From an uncultured Gemmatimonadales bacterium (lineage in GTDB: Bacteria > Gemmatimonadota > Gemmatimonadetes > Gemmatimonadales > JACORV01), in contig CAZJZC010000001.1 of the NCBI GenBank assembly GCA_964550365.1, positions 12,863 through 76,862 on the forward strand: DNA of 64,000 nucleotides, given 5' to 3'. This document shows, one piece after another, positions 9,333 to 18,818 of the stretch (position 1 is its first letter; the number at the start of each line of letters is the position of its first letter). The notes beneath the pieces are model-generated. The model was not told where the DNA came from, searched no databases, and saw only the letters and a program-made list of their open reading frames with translations. The position numbers and the translations under genes were made by a program.

Positions 9333-11735
9333 ATGCGCACCCCGCTCGCCGCCCTCGCCGCCGCGCTGGCCGTGATCGCACCGGCCGCCGCCCAGCAGAC
9401 GCCCCGCCCCGCCGCCGTGGGCGCCGACATCGCCGCCGCCACCAGGGGCATGGACCGCCTCGCCGGCTTCATCCCGCTCGTCCTGGACGCCGAGGGCGGG
9501 AGGATCCTGCTCGAACTGCCGCGCGACTCGATGCGCGCCCTGGCGCTCTTCAGCCTCGCCACCGGGCTCGGCTCGAACCCCATCGGGCTCGATCGCGGCG
9601 CCAACGGGCCCGACCAGGTGGTCCGCTTCGAGCGCAGCGGCGCCCGGGTGCTGGTGGTGTTCGAGAACTGGGGCTACCGCTCGAGCGCCGGCAACGCCGA
9701 CCACGCGCGCACCGTGGCCGAGGCGTTCCCGGCCAGCACCGTGGCCGCCCTGCCGCTGGTCGCCGCCGAGGGGGGCCGCCTGCTGGTGGACGCCACCGAC
9801 TTCTTCGTGCGCGACTGGATCGGCGTGGCCGACGCGCTCCAGCAGAACCAGCAGGGCAGCTACGGCATCGCCCGCGACCGTTCGGGCGTGTTCCGGCCCT
9901 ACACCCGCGCCTACCCGGCCAACACCGAGGTGGACGTCAGCCTCACGTTCGCCACCCAGGGCCGGCCGGGCCGCATCGTCGCCGCCATCGCGCCCGACGG
10001 CTCGGCCATCACCCTGCGCCAGCACGTCTCGCTGATCGAACTGCCCGACGCCGGCTACCGTCCGCGCGCCGCCGACCCGCGTCTGGGCTTCTTCGGCATC
10101 ACCTTCAAGGATTACGCCCAGCCGTTGCAGGGATCGCTGGACCAGCGCTGGATCGCCCGCCACCGGGTGGAGCGCGACCGCCCGCTGGTCTACTACATCG
10201 ACCGCGGCATCCCCGAGCCGATCCGCGGCGCCACCATCGAGGGCGCGCGCTTCTGGGAGGAGGCCTTCGCCCGCGCCGGCCTGCCCGGCCTGTTCCGCGT
10301 CGAGCTCCTGCCCGAGGGCGCCGACCCGATGGACGCCCGGTACAACGTGGTGCAGTGGGAGAACCGCAACGAGCGCGGCTGGTCCATCGGCGGCTCGCTC
10401 GGCGACCCCCGGACCGGCCAGATCATCAAGGCCATGGCGCGCATGGACAGCCACCGCGCCCGCACCGACTACAACATCTACGCCGCGCTCATGGGCGCCG
10501 ACGCCGCCGCGGCCGACACCGCCTTCGTGCTGGCGCGGGTGCGCCAGGTGACGGCCCACGAGATCGGCCACACCCTGGGCATGGCGCACAACTACATCGC
10601 CTCGACCTACGAGCGCGGCTCGGTGATGGACTACCCGCCGCCGCGCGTGCGTCTGACCGCCGACGGCGTCATCGACATCGGCGCGGCCTATGCCCGCGGG
10701 CCGGGCGACTTCGACGTGTGGGCCATCCGCTGGGGCTACGGCATCTTCCCGCCCGCCGGCGAGGCCGACTCGCTGCGCGCCATCGTGGCCGAGGGCCTGC
10801 GGCGCGGCTGGCTGTTCCTCAGCGACGCCGACGCCCGGCCGGACTTCGCCAGCGACCCGCGCGCCAACCTGTGGGACGATGCGGCGACGCCCGGCGAGTA
10901 CCTGCGCCACCAGATGGACGTCCGCCGGGTGGCGATGCAGCGCTTCGGCCTGCGCAACATCCGCGTCGGCGAGCCGGTGGCCCTGCTCCAGGAGCGCTTC
11001 GCCTACCTGTACTTCTGGCACAAGTTCGCCGTGGCGTCGCTGGCCAAGGCCATCGGCGGCATGGAGTACCACCACGCCATCGCCGGCGACGGCCAGCAGG
11101 CCACCCGCTGGGTGCCGGCCGCGGTCCAGCGCGCCGCCCTCGGCCAGCTGCTCGGCGTCCTCGACCCCGCCGAACTGGCCATCCCCGACACGGTGCTCAC
11201 CCTGCTCGGGCCGCGGCCCTTCGGCGTCGGCGGCGCCCCCGAACTGTTCCAGTCGCGCACCCGGCCCGCCTTCGACGAGCTCGGCGCGGCGCGCACCCTG
11301 GCCGACATCGTGGTCAGCGCCCTCCTGCCCCGCGAGCGCGCCGCCCGACTGGTGCTCCAGTCGGCCCGCGACCCGCTCGCCCTGTCGCTGGCGGAGACGA
11401 TCGACTCGATCGCCGGGCGCACGTTCCGGCCGGCCGCCCCCGGCCGCGAGCGCGCCGAGGCCCTGCGCCGCACCGCCGCCCGCGCGCTGACCGACCAGCT
11501 CCTCGGCCTGGCCGCCGATCGCGACGCCCAGCCCGAGGTCCGGGCCATGGTGGACCTCAAGCTCGGTCAGCTGCGCGACCGCGCGCGCCTGCTGAGCCGC
11601 GCCGGCACCGAGGCGGCGCGGGCGCACTGGGCGTCCATCGCCGGCGACATCACCCGCTGGCTGGAGCGGCAGGAACTGCCCCAGCCCAGCCGCACGCTCG
11701 CGGCGCCGCAGTACGATCCGTTCGGGGAGCCCTGA
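9333..11735 (+). CDS. Secreted zinc-dependent metalloprotease (HExxH; resembles the DUF5117/DUF4953 metalloprotease group)
   Basis: The 1054-aa track ORF was trimmed to ATG 9333. Signal peptide LAVIAPAAAQQ. Zinc site VTAHEIGHTLGMAHNY with downstream GSVMDYPP. Confidence 0.87.
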   Translation: MRTPLAALAAALAVIAPAAAQQTPRPAAVGADIAAATRGMDRLAGFIPLVLDAEGGRILLELPRDSMRALALFSLATGLGSNPIGLDRGANGPDQVVRFERSGARVLVVFENWGYRSSAGNADHARTVAEAFPASTVAALPLVAAEGGRLLVDATDFFVRDWIGVADALQQNQQGSYGIARDRSGVFRPYTRAYPANTEVDVSLTFATQGRPGRIVAAIAPDGSAITLRQHVSLIELPDAGYRPRAADPRLGFFGITFKDYAQPLQGSLDQRWIARHRVERDRPLVYYIDRGIPEPIRGATIEGARFWEEAFARAGLPGLFRVELLPEGADPMDARYNVVQWENRNERGWSIGGSLGDPRTGQIIKAMARMDSHRARTDYNIYAALMGADAAAADTAFVLARVRQVTAHEIGHTLGMAHNYIASTYERGSVMDYPPPRVRLTADGVIDIGAAYARGPGDFDVWAIRWGYGIFPPAGEADSLRAIVAEGLRRGWLFLSDADARPDFASDPRANLWDDAATPGEYLRHQMDVRRVAMQRFGLRNIRVGEPVALLQERFAYLYFWHKFAVASLAKAIGGMEYHHAIAGDGQQATRWVPAAVQRAALGQLLGVLDPAELAIPDTVLTLLGPRPFGVGGAPELFQSRTRPAFDELGAARTLADIVVSALLPRERAARLVLQSARDPLALSLAETIDSIAGRTFRPAAPGRERAEALRRTAARALTDQLLGLAADRDAQPEVRAMVDLKLGQLRDRARLLSRAGTEAARAHWASIAGDITRWLERQELPQPSRTLAAPQYDPFGEP

Positions 11736-11760
11736 GCGGGGGACCGCCGGGCGGCCGGCG

Positions 11761-12123
11761 TCAGGGCTGGGCCAGGACCCAGGCCAGCGCGGCGTCGTGA
11801 TCGGCGAAGAAGGGCAGATCGCGGTCCGCCACCCGCGTGATGTCGAGGTGGGCCCGCAGTTGCGGGTCCGCGCCCACGACGGCGCCGGCCCGCACGAAAG
11901 CCTTGTTGTGCAGGGCCAGCTGCATCAGGGCCCGCAGGACCGTGCGGTCGAGCATCGAATCGCTCACGTCGGTGATGGTGTAGACCGAGTCCTCGCGTTC
12001 CCCAGCGATGGCCGCCCGCGCCTCCTCGATGGCGGCCAGCGCCGTGTCCTGGTCGTGGACCCGCGCGAAGTCGAGGCACAGGATGCGCCGCCCGGCCGTC
12101 TCGATGAACCGCGCGCGCGTCAT
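11761..12123 (-). CDS. Hypothetical 120-aa protein (possibly SpoIIAA/STAS-like fold)
   Basis: Complete ORF 4 nt downstream of the flavoenzyme gene on the same strand, with good GC3 bias. I recognise no diagnostic motif. Confidence 0.55.
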   Translation of the reverse strand: MTRARFIETAGRRILCLDFARVHDQDTALAAIEEARAAIAGEREDSVYTITDVSDSMLDRTVLRALMQLALHNKAFVRAGAVVGADPQLRAHLDITRVADRDLPFFADHDAALAWVLAQP

Positions 12124-12127
12124 CGGT

Positions 12128-13252
12128 TCACCGCGTCAGCCGCGACAGGGCGAAGGCGGCGGCCGCCGGCGGCGCGAGACCGTCGGCCAGGTCCGCCGCC
12201 AGTTCGCCGATGGCCGGGGCGAACTTGAAGCCGATGCCCGAACAGGGGCTCAGCAGCACCACGTTGGCATGGCCGGGGTGCCGGTCCACGATGAAGTCGC
12301 CGTCGGCCGTGTTGGTGTAGACGCATACCGCCGAGCGCGCGTGGGCGCCCGCGGCGGCCGGGAGCAGCCGGGCCAGCCGCGCGCGCGTCCGCTCGACCTC
12401 GGCGGGCGTGACGTCCCGCCGGACCGCGTCGGCCGTGGTCGCCTCGCCGCGATGATGGATGGCGCATTTCACCTCGCCCTCGAGCAACGGGAAGCCGTAG
12501 AACACCTCGCCGGCCTCGTCTTCCCAGAGATACACCGGGCACCGGCCCGGCGCGAGCAGTGCTGCGTCGCCCGCCGGCGTGAACCAGTGCTGGACCACCC
12601 GCTCGATCCACACGCCGGCGCCGAGCGCCGCCAGCGCAGGCGCGATCCACGGGCCGGTGGCCAGGATCAGCCGCGCCGCCCGCACGGTGCGCGCGGTGGT
12701 GCGGACCGTGACCCCGCCGGCGCCCGCCTCCCACCCGGTGACCGCCTCGTCGAACGCCAGCGTGGCGCCGCCCGCCAGCGCGGCGGCGTGCAGGGCGCGC
12801 ACGCAGTCCTCGGGCCGCAGTACGCCGGCGCGCGCCTCGAACAGTCCGCGTGCGCCCTCCGGTGCCCGCACCGCCGGCCAGCGGGCCAGTGCCTCCGCCG
12901 TGACGTCCTCGGTGACGACCCCGTGGGCCCGGGCGCTGGCGCGCGAAGCGTCCACCACCGCGGCGCCGGGCGGCCCCAGGTACAGGGCACCGGTGGGGAT
13001 CAGCAGGTCGCTCCGCCCGCTCACCGCGGCGAGCTCGTCCCACAGGGTCCAGGCGTGCCGGGCCAGCGGCGTGTACCGCGGGTGCTCGAACGAGGTCTCG
13101 CGGATGATGCGCGAGCCGCCGTGCGAAGAGCCCAGCGTGTGCGGCGGCCGGCGGGCGTCGAGGCCCAGCACCGCGCGGCCGCGCCGCGCCAGCCGCCAGG
13201 CGGCCGCGCCGCCCATCACCCCCAGCCCGACCACCACGGCATCGTAGCTCAC
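12128..13252 (-). CDS. FAD-dependent oxidoreductase of the monomeric sarcosine oxidase / N-methyltryptophan oxidase family
   Basis: 374 aa. N-terminal dinucleotide fold DAVVVGLGVMGGAAAW. C-terminal SPCSGIGFKFAP resembles the covalent-flavin Cys region (SGHGFKF) of MSOX/MTOX. Confidence 0.84.
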   Translation of the reverse strand: MSYDAVVVGLGVMGGAAAWRLARRGRAVLGLDARRPPHTLGSSHGGSRIIRETSFEHPRYTPLARHAWTLWDELAAVSGRSDLLIPTGALYLGPPGAAVVDASRASARAHGVVTEDVTAEALARWPAVRAPEGARGLFEARAGVLRPEDCVRALHAAALAGGATLAFDEAVTGWEAGAGGVTVRTTARTVRAARLILATGPWIAPALAALGAGVWIERVVQHWFTPAGDAALLAPGRCPVYLWEDEAGEVFYGFPLLEGEVKCAIHHRGEATTADAVRRDVTPAEVERTRARLARLLPAAAGAHARSAVCVYTNTADGDFIVDRHPGHANVVLLSPCSGIGFKFAPAIGELAADLADGLAPPAAAAFALSRLTR

Positions 13253-13262
13253 GCCGCGCGGC

Positions 13263-13742
13263 TCAGGGCATGGCCGCGATGCACTCGATCTCCACCCGCG
13301 CGCCGCTCACCGGGGTGACCACGTCGCCGATCGTCGAACGCGCCGGCGGCCCGTCGGGGAAGAACGTCACGTACACCTCGTTCATCGCCGCGAAGTCGGC
13401 CATGTCGGCCAGGAACACCGTGCACTTCACGGCCCGGGCCAGCGACGTGCCGGCCGCCCGGAAGACCCGGTCGAGGTTCTCCAGGGCCTGCCGGACCTCG
13501 GCTCTCACGCCGCCGGGCACCAGGGCCGCGGCGCCGGGCGCGATGCCGACCTGTCCCGAGGCGTACACCAGGCCGCCGATCCGCACGGCCGGCGCATACG
13601 GCCCCCGCGTCGCCGTGCCCGGCGGGTGGATCGCCTGGCGTTCCTGCGCCGCGGCCGCACCCGCCGCCGCCAGCATCAGCATCGCCGTCACCATCGCGCG
13701 TCGCGTCACCGGCGCCTCCCCATTCGTGTGGTCCGACGCCAT
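13263..13742 (-). CDS. RidA/YjgF-family protein with N-terminal signal-like segment
   Basis: C-terminal 159 aa of a 521-aa track ORF, starting at ATG 13742 (alternative Met at 13694). RidA-like blocks GGLVYASGQVG, CTVFLADMADFAAMNEVY and ARSTIGD...EIECIA. Confidence 0.82.
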   Translation of the reverse strand: MASDHTNGEAPVTRRAMVTAMLMLAAAGAAAAQERQAIHPPGTATRGPYAPAVRIGGLVYASGQVGIAPGAAALVPGGVRAEVRQALENLDRVFRAAGTSLARAVKCTVFLADMADFAAMNEVYVTFFPDGPPARSTIGDVVTPVSGARVEIECIAAMP

Positions 13743-13835
13743 ACAGTAGCCCGCGACCGCGTCCGACGGCCAGAGCGCTTGCATCCGTCCCCCGGCGCCG
13801 CGAAGTTCCCGCGCCACCTCCGCCGCGCGAGGCCC

Positions 13836-14861
13836 ATGACCAGCGACGTCGTCGTCGAACTGAGCCGCGTCAGCAAGCGCTTCGGCGCCGTCACGGCCGT
13901 GGACGACATCTCGCTCACCATCCGGCGCGGCGAGTTCTTCGCCCTCCTCGGCCCGTCGGGCTGCGGCAAGACCACGACGCTCCGGCTGCTCGCCGGCCTC
14001 GACACGCCCGACGCGGGCGACGTGCTGCTGCTCGGCGCGCGCGCCAACCTCGACCGGCCCTGGCAGCGGCCGGTCTCGCTGGTCTTCCAGCACTACGCCC
14101 TGTTCCCCCATCTCGACGTGGCGCGCAACGTGGGGTTCGGGCTCGTCGAGCGGCGGGTGCCGCCCGGGGAGGCGGCACGGCGGGTCGCCGCGGCGCTCGA
14201 GCTGGTGCGGCTCGATCCGGCGCAGTACGCCCGCCGGCGTCCGTCGGAGCTGTCGGGCGGCCAGCGCCAGCGTGTCGCGCTGGCGCGGGCGCTGGTGCTC
14301 GAGCCGGCCATCCTGCTGCTGGACGAGCCGCTCGGCGCCCTGGACCTCCAGCTGAGGCGGGAGATGCAGCTCGAACTCACGGCCCTGAACCGCCGCCTCG
14401 GCATCACCTTCGTGTTCGTCACCCACGACCAGGCCGAGGCCCTCGCCATGAGCGACCGCATCGCCGTGATGGACCGCGGCCGCATCGCGCAGGTCGGCAC
14501 GCCGGCCGAGGTCTACGAGCGCCCGCGCACGCCGTTCGTGGCCGCGTTCATCGGCGCCTGCAACCTGTTCGAGCGCGAACGCGGCGGCCGGCGCGAGCGG
14601 ATCGCGGTGCGGCCCGAGCGGACCGTCCTGTGCGGCGAGGGCGCGCCGCCCGCGGGAGCCGAGTGGCGCGCCGGCGCGGTGCGCGAGGTCGTCTACCTGG
14701 GCGAGACCATCCAGGTCCTGGTGCGGCTCGATGACGGCGCCGAGGCCCGCGTGGCCCTGCGCAACGAGGGCCAGGTGGACCGTCCGCTGGCCTGGAAGGC
14801 CGGCGACCGCGCCGCCGTCGCCTGGCATGACGCCGCCGCCACGGCGCTGGAGGACGGCTGA
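13836..14861 (+). CDS. potA: Spermidine/putrescine-type ABC transporter ATP-binding protein
   Basis: Trimmed to ATG 13836. Walker A GPSGCGKTT, signature LSGGQRQRV, Walker B LLLDEP, and a C-terminal regulatory (TOBE-like) extension. Confidence 0.9.
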   Translation: MTSDVVVELSRVSKRFGAVTAVDDISLTIRRGEFFALLGPSGCGKTTTLRLLAGLDTPDAGDVLLLGARANLDRPWQRPVSLVFQHYALFPHLDVARNVGFGLVERRVPPGEAARRVAAALELVRLDPAQYARRRPSELSGGQRQRVALARALVLEPAILLLDEPLGALDLQLRREMQLELTALNRRLGITFVFVTHDQAEALAMSDRIAVMDRGRIAQVGTPAEVYERPRTPFVAAFIGACNLFERERGGRRERIAVRPERTVLCGEGAPPAGAEWRAGAVREVVYLGETIQVLVRLDDGAEARVALRNEGQVDRPLAWKAGDRAAVAWHDAAATALEDG

Positions 14862-14875
14862 ACGCGCCGCGCCGG

Positions 14876-15733
14876 GTGGCCGGCTGGCTCGCGCGGCGCC
14901 CCGGCGCCCGCGCCGCGGCCCTGGCCGGTCCCGGCGTCGCCTGGCTGCTGGTGTTCTTCGCCGCGCCCATCGCCATCATGTTCGGGTATTCCTTCATGCC
15001 GCGCGGCATCTACGGCGGCGTCGAGCCGGGCGTCACGCTGGAGCACTACGCGCGGTTCCTCGACCCGCTCTACCTCCGGGTGGTGTGGCGCACGGTCGCC
15101 CTGGCCCTGCTGACCACGGCGCTCTGCCTGGCGCTTGGCTACCCCATGGCCTGGCTCATCGCGCGCGCCGGCCGCTGGCGGCACCTCCTGCTGGTCCTGG
15201 TGGTGGTGCCGCTGTGGACCAGCTTCCTGGTCCGGACCTACGCCCTGATGTTCCTGCTGCGCGACGCGGGGCCGGTGAACGCGATCCTGCTCGGCCTGGG
15301 CGTGGTGACCGAGCCCGTCCCCCTGCTCTACTCGCCGTTCGCCGTCCTCCTGGGCCTGGTCGCCGGTCACCTGCCGCTCATGGTCCTGCCGCTCTATGCC
15401 TCGCTCGAGAAGCTCGACCCCGCCCTGCTCGAGGCCGCCGAGGTGCTGGGCGCGCGGCCGGCCTCGCGCCTGGCTCGGGTCATCTGGCCGCTGTCCCTGC
15501 CTGGCGTCGCCGCCGGCTGCCTGCTGGTGTTCATCCCGGCGCTCGGCGCGTTCCTCACGCCCGACCTGCTGGGCGGCGCCCGGCAGGCCATGCTCGGCAA
15601 CCTGGTGCAGAACCAGTTCGCCGCCGCCCGCAACTGGCCCTTCGGCGCCGCCATCTCGTTCATCGTGATGGCCGCGGTGCTGGCCGCCCAGGCGCTCTGG
15701 GTGCGCCGCCGCGGCGGGGCGCTGGCGCCGTGA
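14876..15733 (+). CDS. potB: ABC transporter permease (PotB-like)
   Basis: 285 aa, multi-TM, with EAA loop LEAAEVLGARPASRLARV. Confidence 0.87.
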   Translation: MAGWLARRPGARAAALAGPGVAWLLVFFAAPIAIMFGYSFMPRGIYGGVEPGVTLEHYARFLDPLYLRVVWRTVALALLTTALCLALGYPMAWLIARAGRWRHLLLVLVVVPLWTSFLVRTYALMFLLRDAGPVNAILLGLGVVTEPVPLLYSPFAVLLGLVAGHLPLMVLPLYASLEKLDPALLEAAEVLGARPASRLARVIWPLSLPGVAAGCLLVFIPALGAFLTPDLLGGARQAMLGNLVQNQFAAARNWPFGAAISFIVMAAVLAAQALWVRRRGGALAP

Positions 15734-16509
15734 CGCGCCGGCCGCCGGTCGCCGTGCTGGTCATCGCGGCGGCGGGCTTCGCCCTGCTCCACCTGCCCCT
15801 CGTGGTGCTGGCGGTCTTCTCGTTCAACGCCTCGCGCTACTCGGTGACGTGGACCGGCGCCACGCTCGCCTGGTACCGCGAGGCCCTGACCCGCCCCGAT
15901 GTCCTGGCGGCCCTGCGCCTGTCGCTCGTCATCGCCCTGGCCACCACGGCCATCGCCACCGTGCTCGGCACCCTGCTCGCCCTGGCGCTGGCCCGGCACC
16001 GCTTCCGCGGCCGCCGCGCGATCGAGGGCGGCCTGCTGCTGCCGGTCGTGACGCCCGAGATCGTCATGGGCATCAGCCTGCTGCTGCTGTTCTCGACCCT
16101 GCGCGTGCCGCTCGGCCCCCTGACCGTCACCGCCGCGCACGTCGCCTTCAGCATCTCGTTCGTGGTCATCGTGGTCCGCGCGCGCCTCGCGGGCATCGAC
16201 CGCTCGCTCGAGGAGGCGGCCATGACCCTGGGCGCCGACGGCCCCGGGACCTTCCGGCGCGTCACCCTGCCCCTGCTGGCGCCGGGCATCCTGGCCGGCG
16301 CCCTGCTCGCCTTCACGATGTCGATCGACGACTTCGTCATCACGTTCTTCGTGGCGGGCCCCGGCACCACGACCCTGCCGGTGCTGGTCTACGGCATGGC
16401 GCGCCGGACGCTCGAGCCGACCATCAACGCCGTCAGCACCATGATGCTCGTGGCCACGACCGTCCTCGCCCTGCTCGCCGACCGGCTGGCCCGCGCCCGC
16501 ACCGGGTGA
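15730..16509 (+). CDS. potC: ABC transporter permease (PotC-like)
   Basis: GTG 15730 overlaps the potB stop (GTGA). EAA loop LEEAAMTLGADGPGTFRRV. This is the C-terminal part of a 592-aa track ORF. Confidence 0.87.
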   Translation: MTRRPPVAVLVIAAAGFALLHLPLVVLAVFSFNASRYSVTWTGATLAWYREALTRPDVLAALRLSLVIALATTAIATVLGTLLALALARHRFRGRRAIEGGLLLPVVTPEIVMGISLLLLFSTLRVPLGPLTVTAAHVAFSISFVVIVVRARLAGIDRSLEEAAMTLGADGPGTFRRVTLPLLAPGILAGALLAFTMSIDDFVITFFVAGPGTTTLPVLVYGMARRTLEPTINAVSTMMLVATTVLALLADRLARARTG

Positions 16510-16519
16510 GGGCGCCGTT

Positions 16520-17638
16520 GTGCCGGCGGGCGGCCTGGCCTATTCCTTACGCCGCATGATCCGCCCCGGCCCCTCCCGCCGCGCCGTCCTGGCCGCCGCC
16601 GCCGCGGCCCTCGCCGCGCCGCAGACCTCGTGCGGGCGCGGCGCCGACCGCCGGGGCGCCGACGCGCCGCCCGCCGACCTCGGCCCCATCGAGGACGCGC
16701 TCGCCATCTACAACTGGTCCGACTACATCGCCCCGGGCGTCGTCGAGGGATTCAGCCGCGAGTTCGGCGTGCGCGTGAGCTACGACACCTACGAGAGCAA
16801 CGAGGAGATGTTCGCCAAGCTGCTGGCCGGCGGCGGCGGCTACGACATCACGGTGCCCTCGAGCTACCTGCTCGAGGCGATGCGGGCCGCCGGCATGGTG
16901 CGGCCGCTCGACCGCGGCCACCTGGGCAACTGGGGCAACATCGCACCCCTGTTCCTCGATCCGCCGTTCGATCCGGGCAACCGCTACGCGGTCCCCTGGT
17001 CCTGGGGCGTCACCGGCATCGCCTGGCGGCGCGACCGCATGGCCCGGCCGCCGGCCGGCTGGGGCGTGTTCCACGACCCGCGCTGGCGCGGCCGCACCAC
17101 CATGCTCGACGACGGCCGCGAGGTGCTGGGCGCCATGCTGAAGCTCCGCGGCCACGGGCTCAACACCGTCGCGCCGGCGGCCCTCGGCCGCGCGCGCGAC
17201 GACGCCATCGCCGCCAAGCGGCTGCTGCGGGCCTTCAAGTCGGCCCCGGTCAAGGGCGATCTCATCGCCGGCGACGTCTGGATCGCGCAGATGTGGAACG
17301 GGGACGCGGCGCAGGCGGCGCGGGAGCAGGACGCCATCGCCTTCGCCGTGCCGGCCGAGGGATCGGCCATCTGGACCGACGGCGCCGTGGTCCTGGCGAC
17401 CGCGCCGCACCCGCGGGCGGCGCATGAATTCCTGAACTACTGCCTGCGGCCCGAGGTGGCCGCCGCCATCGGCGACGCGACCGGCTACGGCTCGCCCAAC
17501 GCGGCCGGCGCGCCGCGACAGCGGCGGCCCGTGCCCCTGCCGTCCGACGCGGAGCTGATGCGGCTGGAGTACTTCCGCGACCTCGGCGCGGCGACCGAGA
17601 CCTGGGACCGGCTGTGGACCGAGGTGAAAGCCGCCTGA
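16520..17638 (+). CDS. potD: Polyamine ABC transporter periplasmic substrate-binding protein (PotD/PotF-like)
   Basis: 372 aa with signal region RRAVLAAAAAALAAP. PotD-like blocks YNWSDYI, YDITVPSSY and AVPWSWGVTGIAW. The start could instead be ATG 16556. Confidence 0.87.
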   Translation: MPAGGLAYSLRRMIRPGPSRRAVLAAAAAALAAPQTSCGRGADRRGADAPPADLGPIEDALAIYNWSDYIAPGVVEGFSREFGVRVSYDTYESNEEMFAKLLAGGGGYDITVPSSYLLEAMRAAGMVRPLDRGHLGNWGNIAPLFLDPPFDPGNRYAVPWSWGVTGIAWRRDRMARPPAGWGVFHDPRWRGRTTMLDDGREVLGAMLKLRGHGLNTVAPAALGRARDDAIAAKRLLRAFKSAPVKGDLIAGDVWIAQMWNGDAAQAAREQDAIAFAVPAEGSAIWTDGAVVLATAPHPRAAHEFLNYCLRPEVAAAIGDATGYGSPNAAGAPRQRRPVPLPSDAELMRLEYFRDLGAATETWDRLWTEVKAA

Positions 17639-17641
17639 GCG

Positions 17642-18445
17642 TCAGTTCCTGATGAGCGCGACCAGGCCGGCGATCGTGAAGGGGATGGTCAGCAGGATGT
17701 TGAGCGTCGAGACGAACTGGTACGGATTGCGGACCGCCCGCGCCGGCACCACGAATCGGTCGCCGGCCTGGATGCTCATCGCGTCGAGCGTCCGCCCTTC
17801 GGTCACGGCCCGTTGCAGGTCGGCCCCGGTGTAGATCCGCTCGAGCCCGCGCTCGATGCGGAACTGGTCGAGCTCGGCATCGACCGCCAGGCCGCCCGCG
17901 ATCTGCAGCACCTCGTTCACCGGCACGTCCACCGGGACGGTGTAGAAGCCCTGCCGCGCCACGGCGCCGATCACCGCGACGCGGATGAGCGCCTGCGCCC
18001 GGACCCGCGGCTCCCGGATGAACTGCGCCAGCCGCTGGGTCAGGAAGTCGTTCAGCTCGACCCGCAGCACGCCGCCCAGCGGGATGGCGCCGACGGTCGG
18101 GAGCACCACCTCGCGCTGGGCCTGCACCGTGAAGGTGTCGGTCAGCGAGGTCTCGCCCTCGACCCGCAGCATGATGCGGTCGCCCACCTGGAAATCGCCC
18201 TCGCTCAGACGGCGGCGGACCAGGTTGGCCTGGGCCCGCGCCTGGGTCCGGATCTGGCTGGAATAGACCGAGGAGTTCGACGCCGTCTCCAGCTGGACCA
18301 GCAGGTCCTGCAGCGCCTGGCGCGTCGCGCGCACCTGGCTGAGCTCGGCGCCGGGGATCTGGGCCGCGGCCGCACCGGCCGCGCCGAACGCCAGCGCGGA
18401 CGCCACGAACACCAGTCGCCACGATCGGGGGAGCACGGCCTTCAT
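17642..18445 (-). CDS. Periplasmic polysaccharide export protein (Wza/EpsE-like, Poly_export + SLBB)
   Basis: Trimmed to ATG 18445 (MKAVLPRSW..., signal AAGAAAAQ). Export-family block LSEGDFQVGDRIMLRV and an SLBB-like C-terminal part. Its stop is only 3 nt from the convergent potD stop. Confidence 0.83.
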   Translation of the reverse strand: MKAVLPRSWRLVFVASALAFGAAGAAAAQIPGAELSQVRATRQALQDLLVQLETASNSSVYSSQIRTQARAQANLVRRRLSEGDFQVGDRIMLRVEGETSLTDTFTVQAQREVVLPTVGAIPLGGVLRVELNDFLTQRLAQFIREPRVRAQALIRVAVIGAVARQGFYTVPVDVPVNEVLQIAGGLAVDAELDQFRIERGLERIYTGADLQRAVTEGRTLDAMSIQAGDRFVVPARAVRNPYQFVSTLNILLTIPFTIAGLVALIRN

Positions 18446-18602
18446 GGGAGGGAAGTCTATGACGCCCCGGAGCCCCGCGCCACCCGGCGCGGGCCGGTGT
18501 GGGCGGTGGCGGTCGGAGGTGGGGGGCTCACCGGGACGGCGCGACCTGGGACGCAACCGCCCGCGATGAGGACCGCACCCACCTCAGACCATGGCGTGTT
18601 CG

Positions 18603-18818
18603 TTATGCTCCGCGCCGCAGCAGGATGGGACCTCCGACCAGCCCGAAACGCGCGAACTCACCCAGCTTGCGCGTGGCACTGCCCGCCGGCTGACCCGTCA
18701 GGGCCCGGCCGCACTGCCCGCACTCCTCGTCGGCTGCATCGCGCATCGGCCACATGGAACCGCGGCCGACACGCCGTCGATCCACCGTCCGCCCCGTGGC
18801 GCATTCCTCGCACAGCAT
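18603..18818 (-). CDS. Candidate small zinc-ribbon protein (71 aa), unannotated type
   Basis: ORF MLCEEC...(26 aa)...CGQCG has two CxxC pairs. GAGGTGAGGGGG lies 7-18 nt upstream of the ATG. By my count 55 of 70 third codon positions are G/C. It lies 157 nt upstream of the Wza-like gene on the same strand. Confidence 0.4.
   Translation of the reverse strand: MLCEECATGRTVDRRRVGRGSMWPMRDAADEECGQCGRALTGQPAGSATRKLGEFARFGLVGGPILLRRGA

Noticed and set aside
7701-11627. 1308-aa minus-strand ORF
   Set aside because: Only the C-terminal 520 aa (from ATG 9263, with signal peptide and RBS) look like a real M20 peptidase. The remaining ~790 aa are antisense to the HExxH metalloprotease gene and are Arg/Gly/Ala/Asp-rich low-complexity sequence typical of high-GC antisense frames.
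18674-18689. Perfect TGGCAC hexamer as a sigma-54 promoter
   Set aside because: No GC dinucleotide lies at the required -12 register (TGGCACtgcccGCCG). The hexamer lies inside the zinc-ribbon ORF and has no downstream plus-strand gene nearby.
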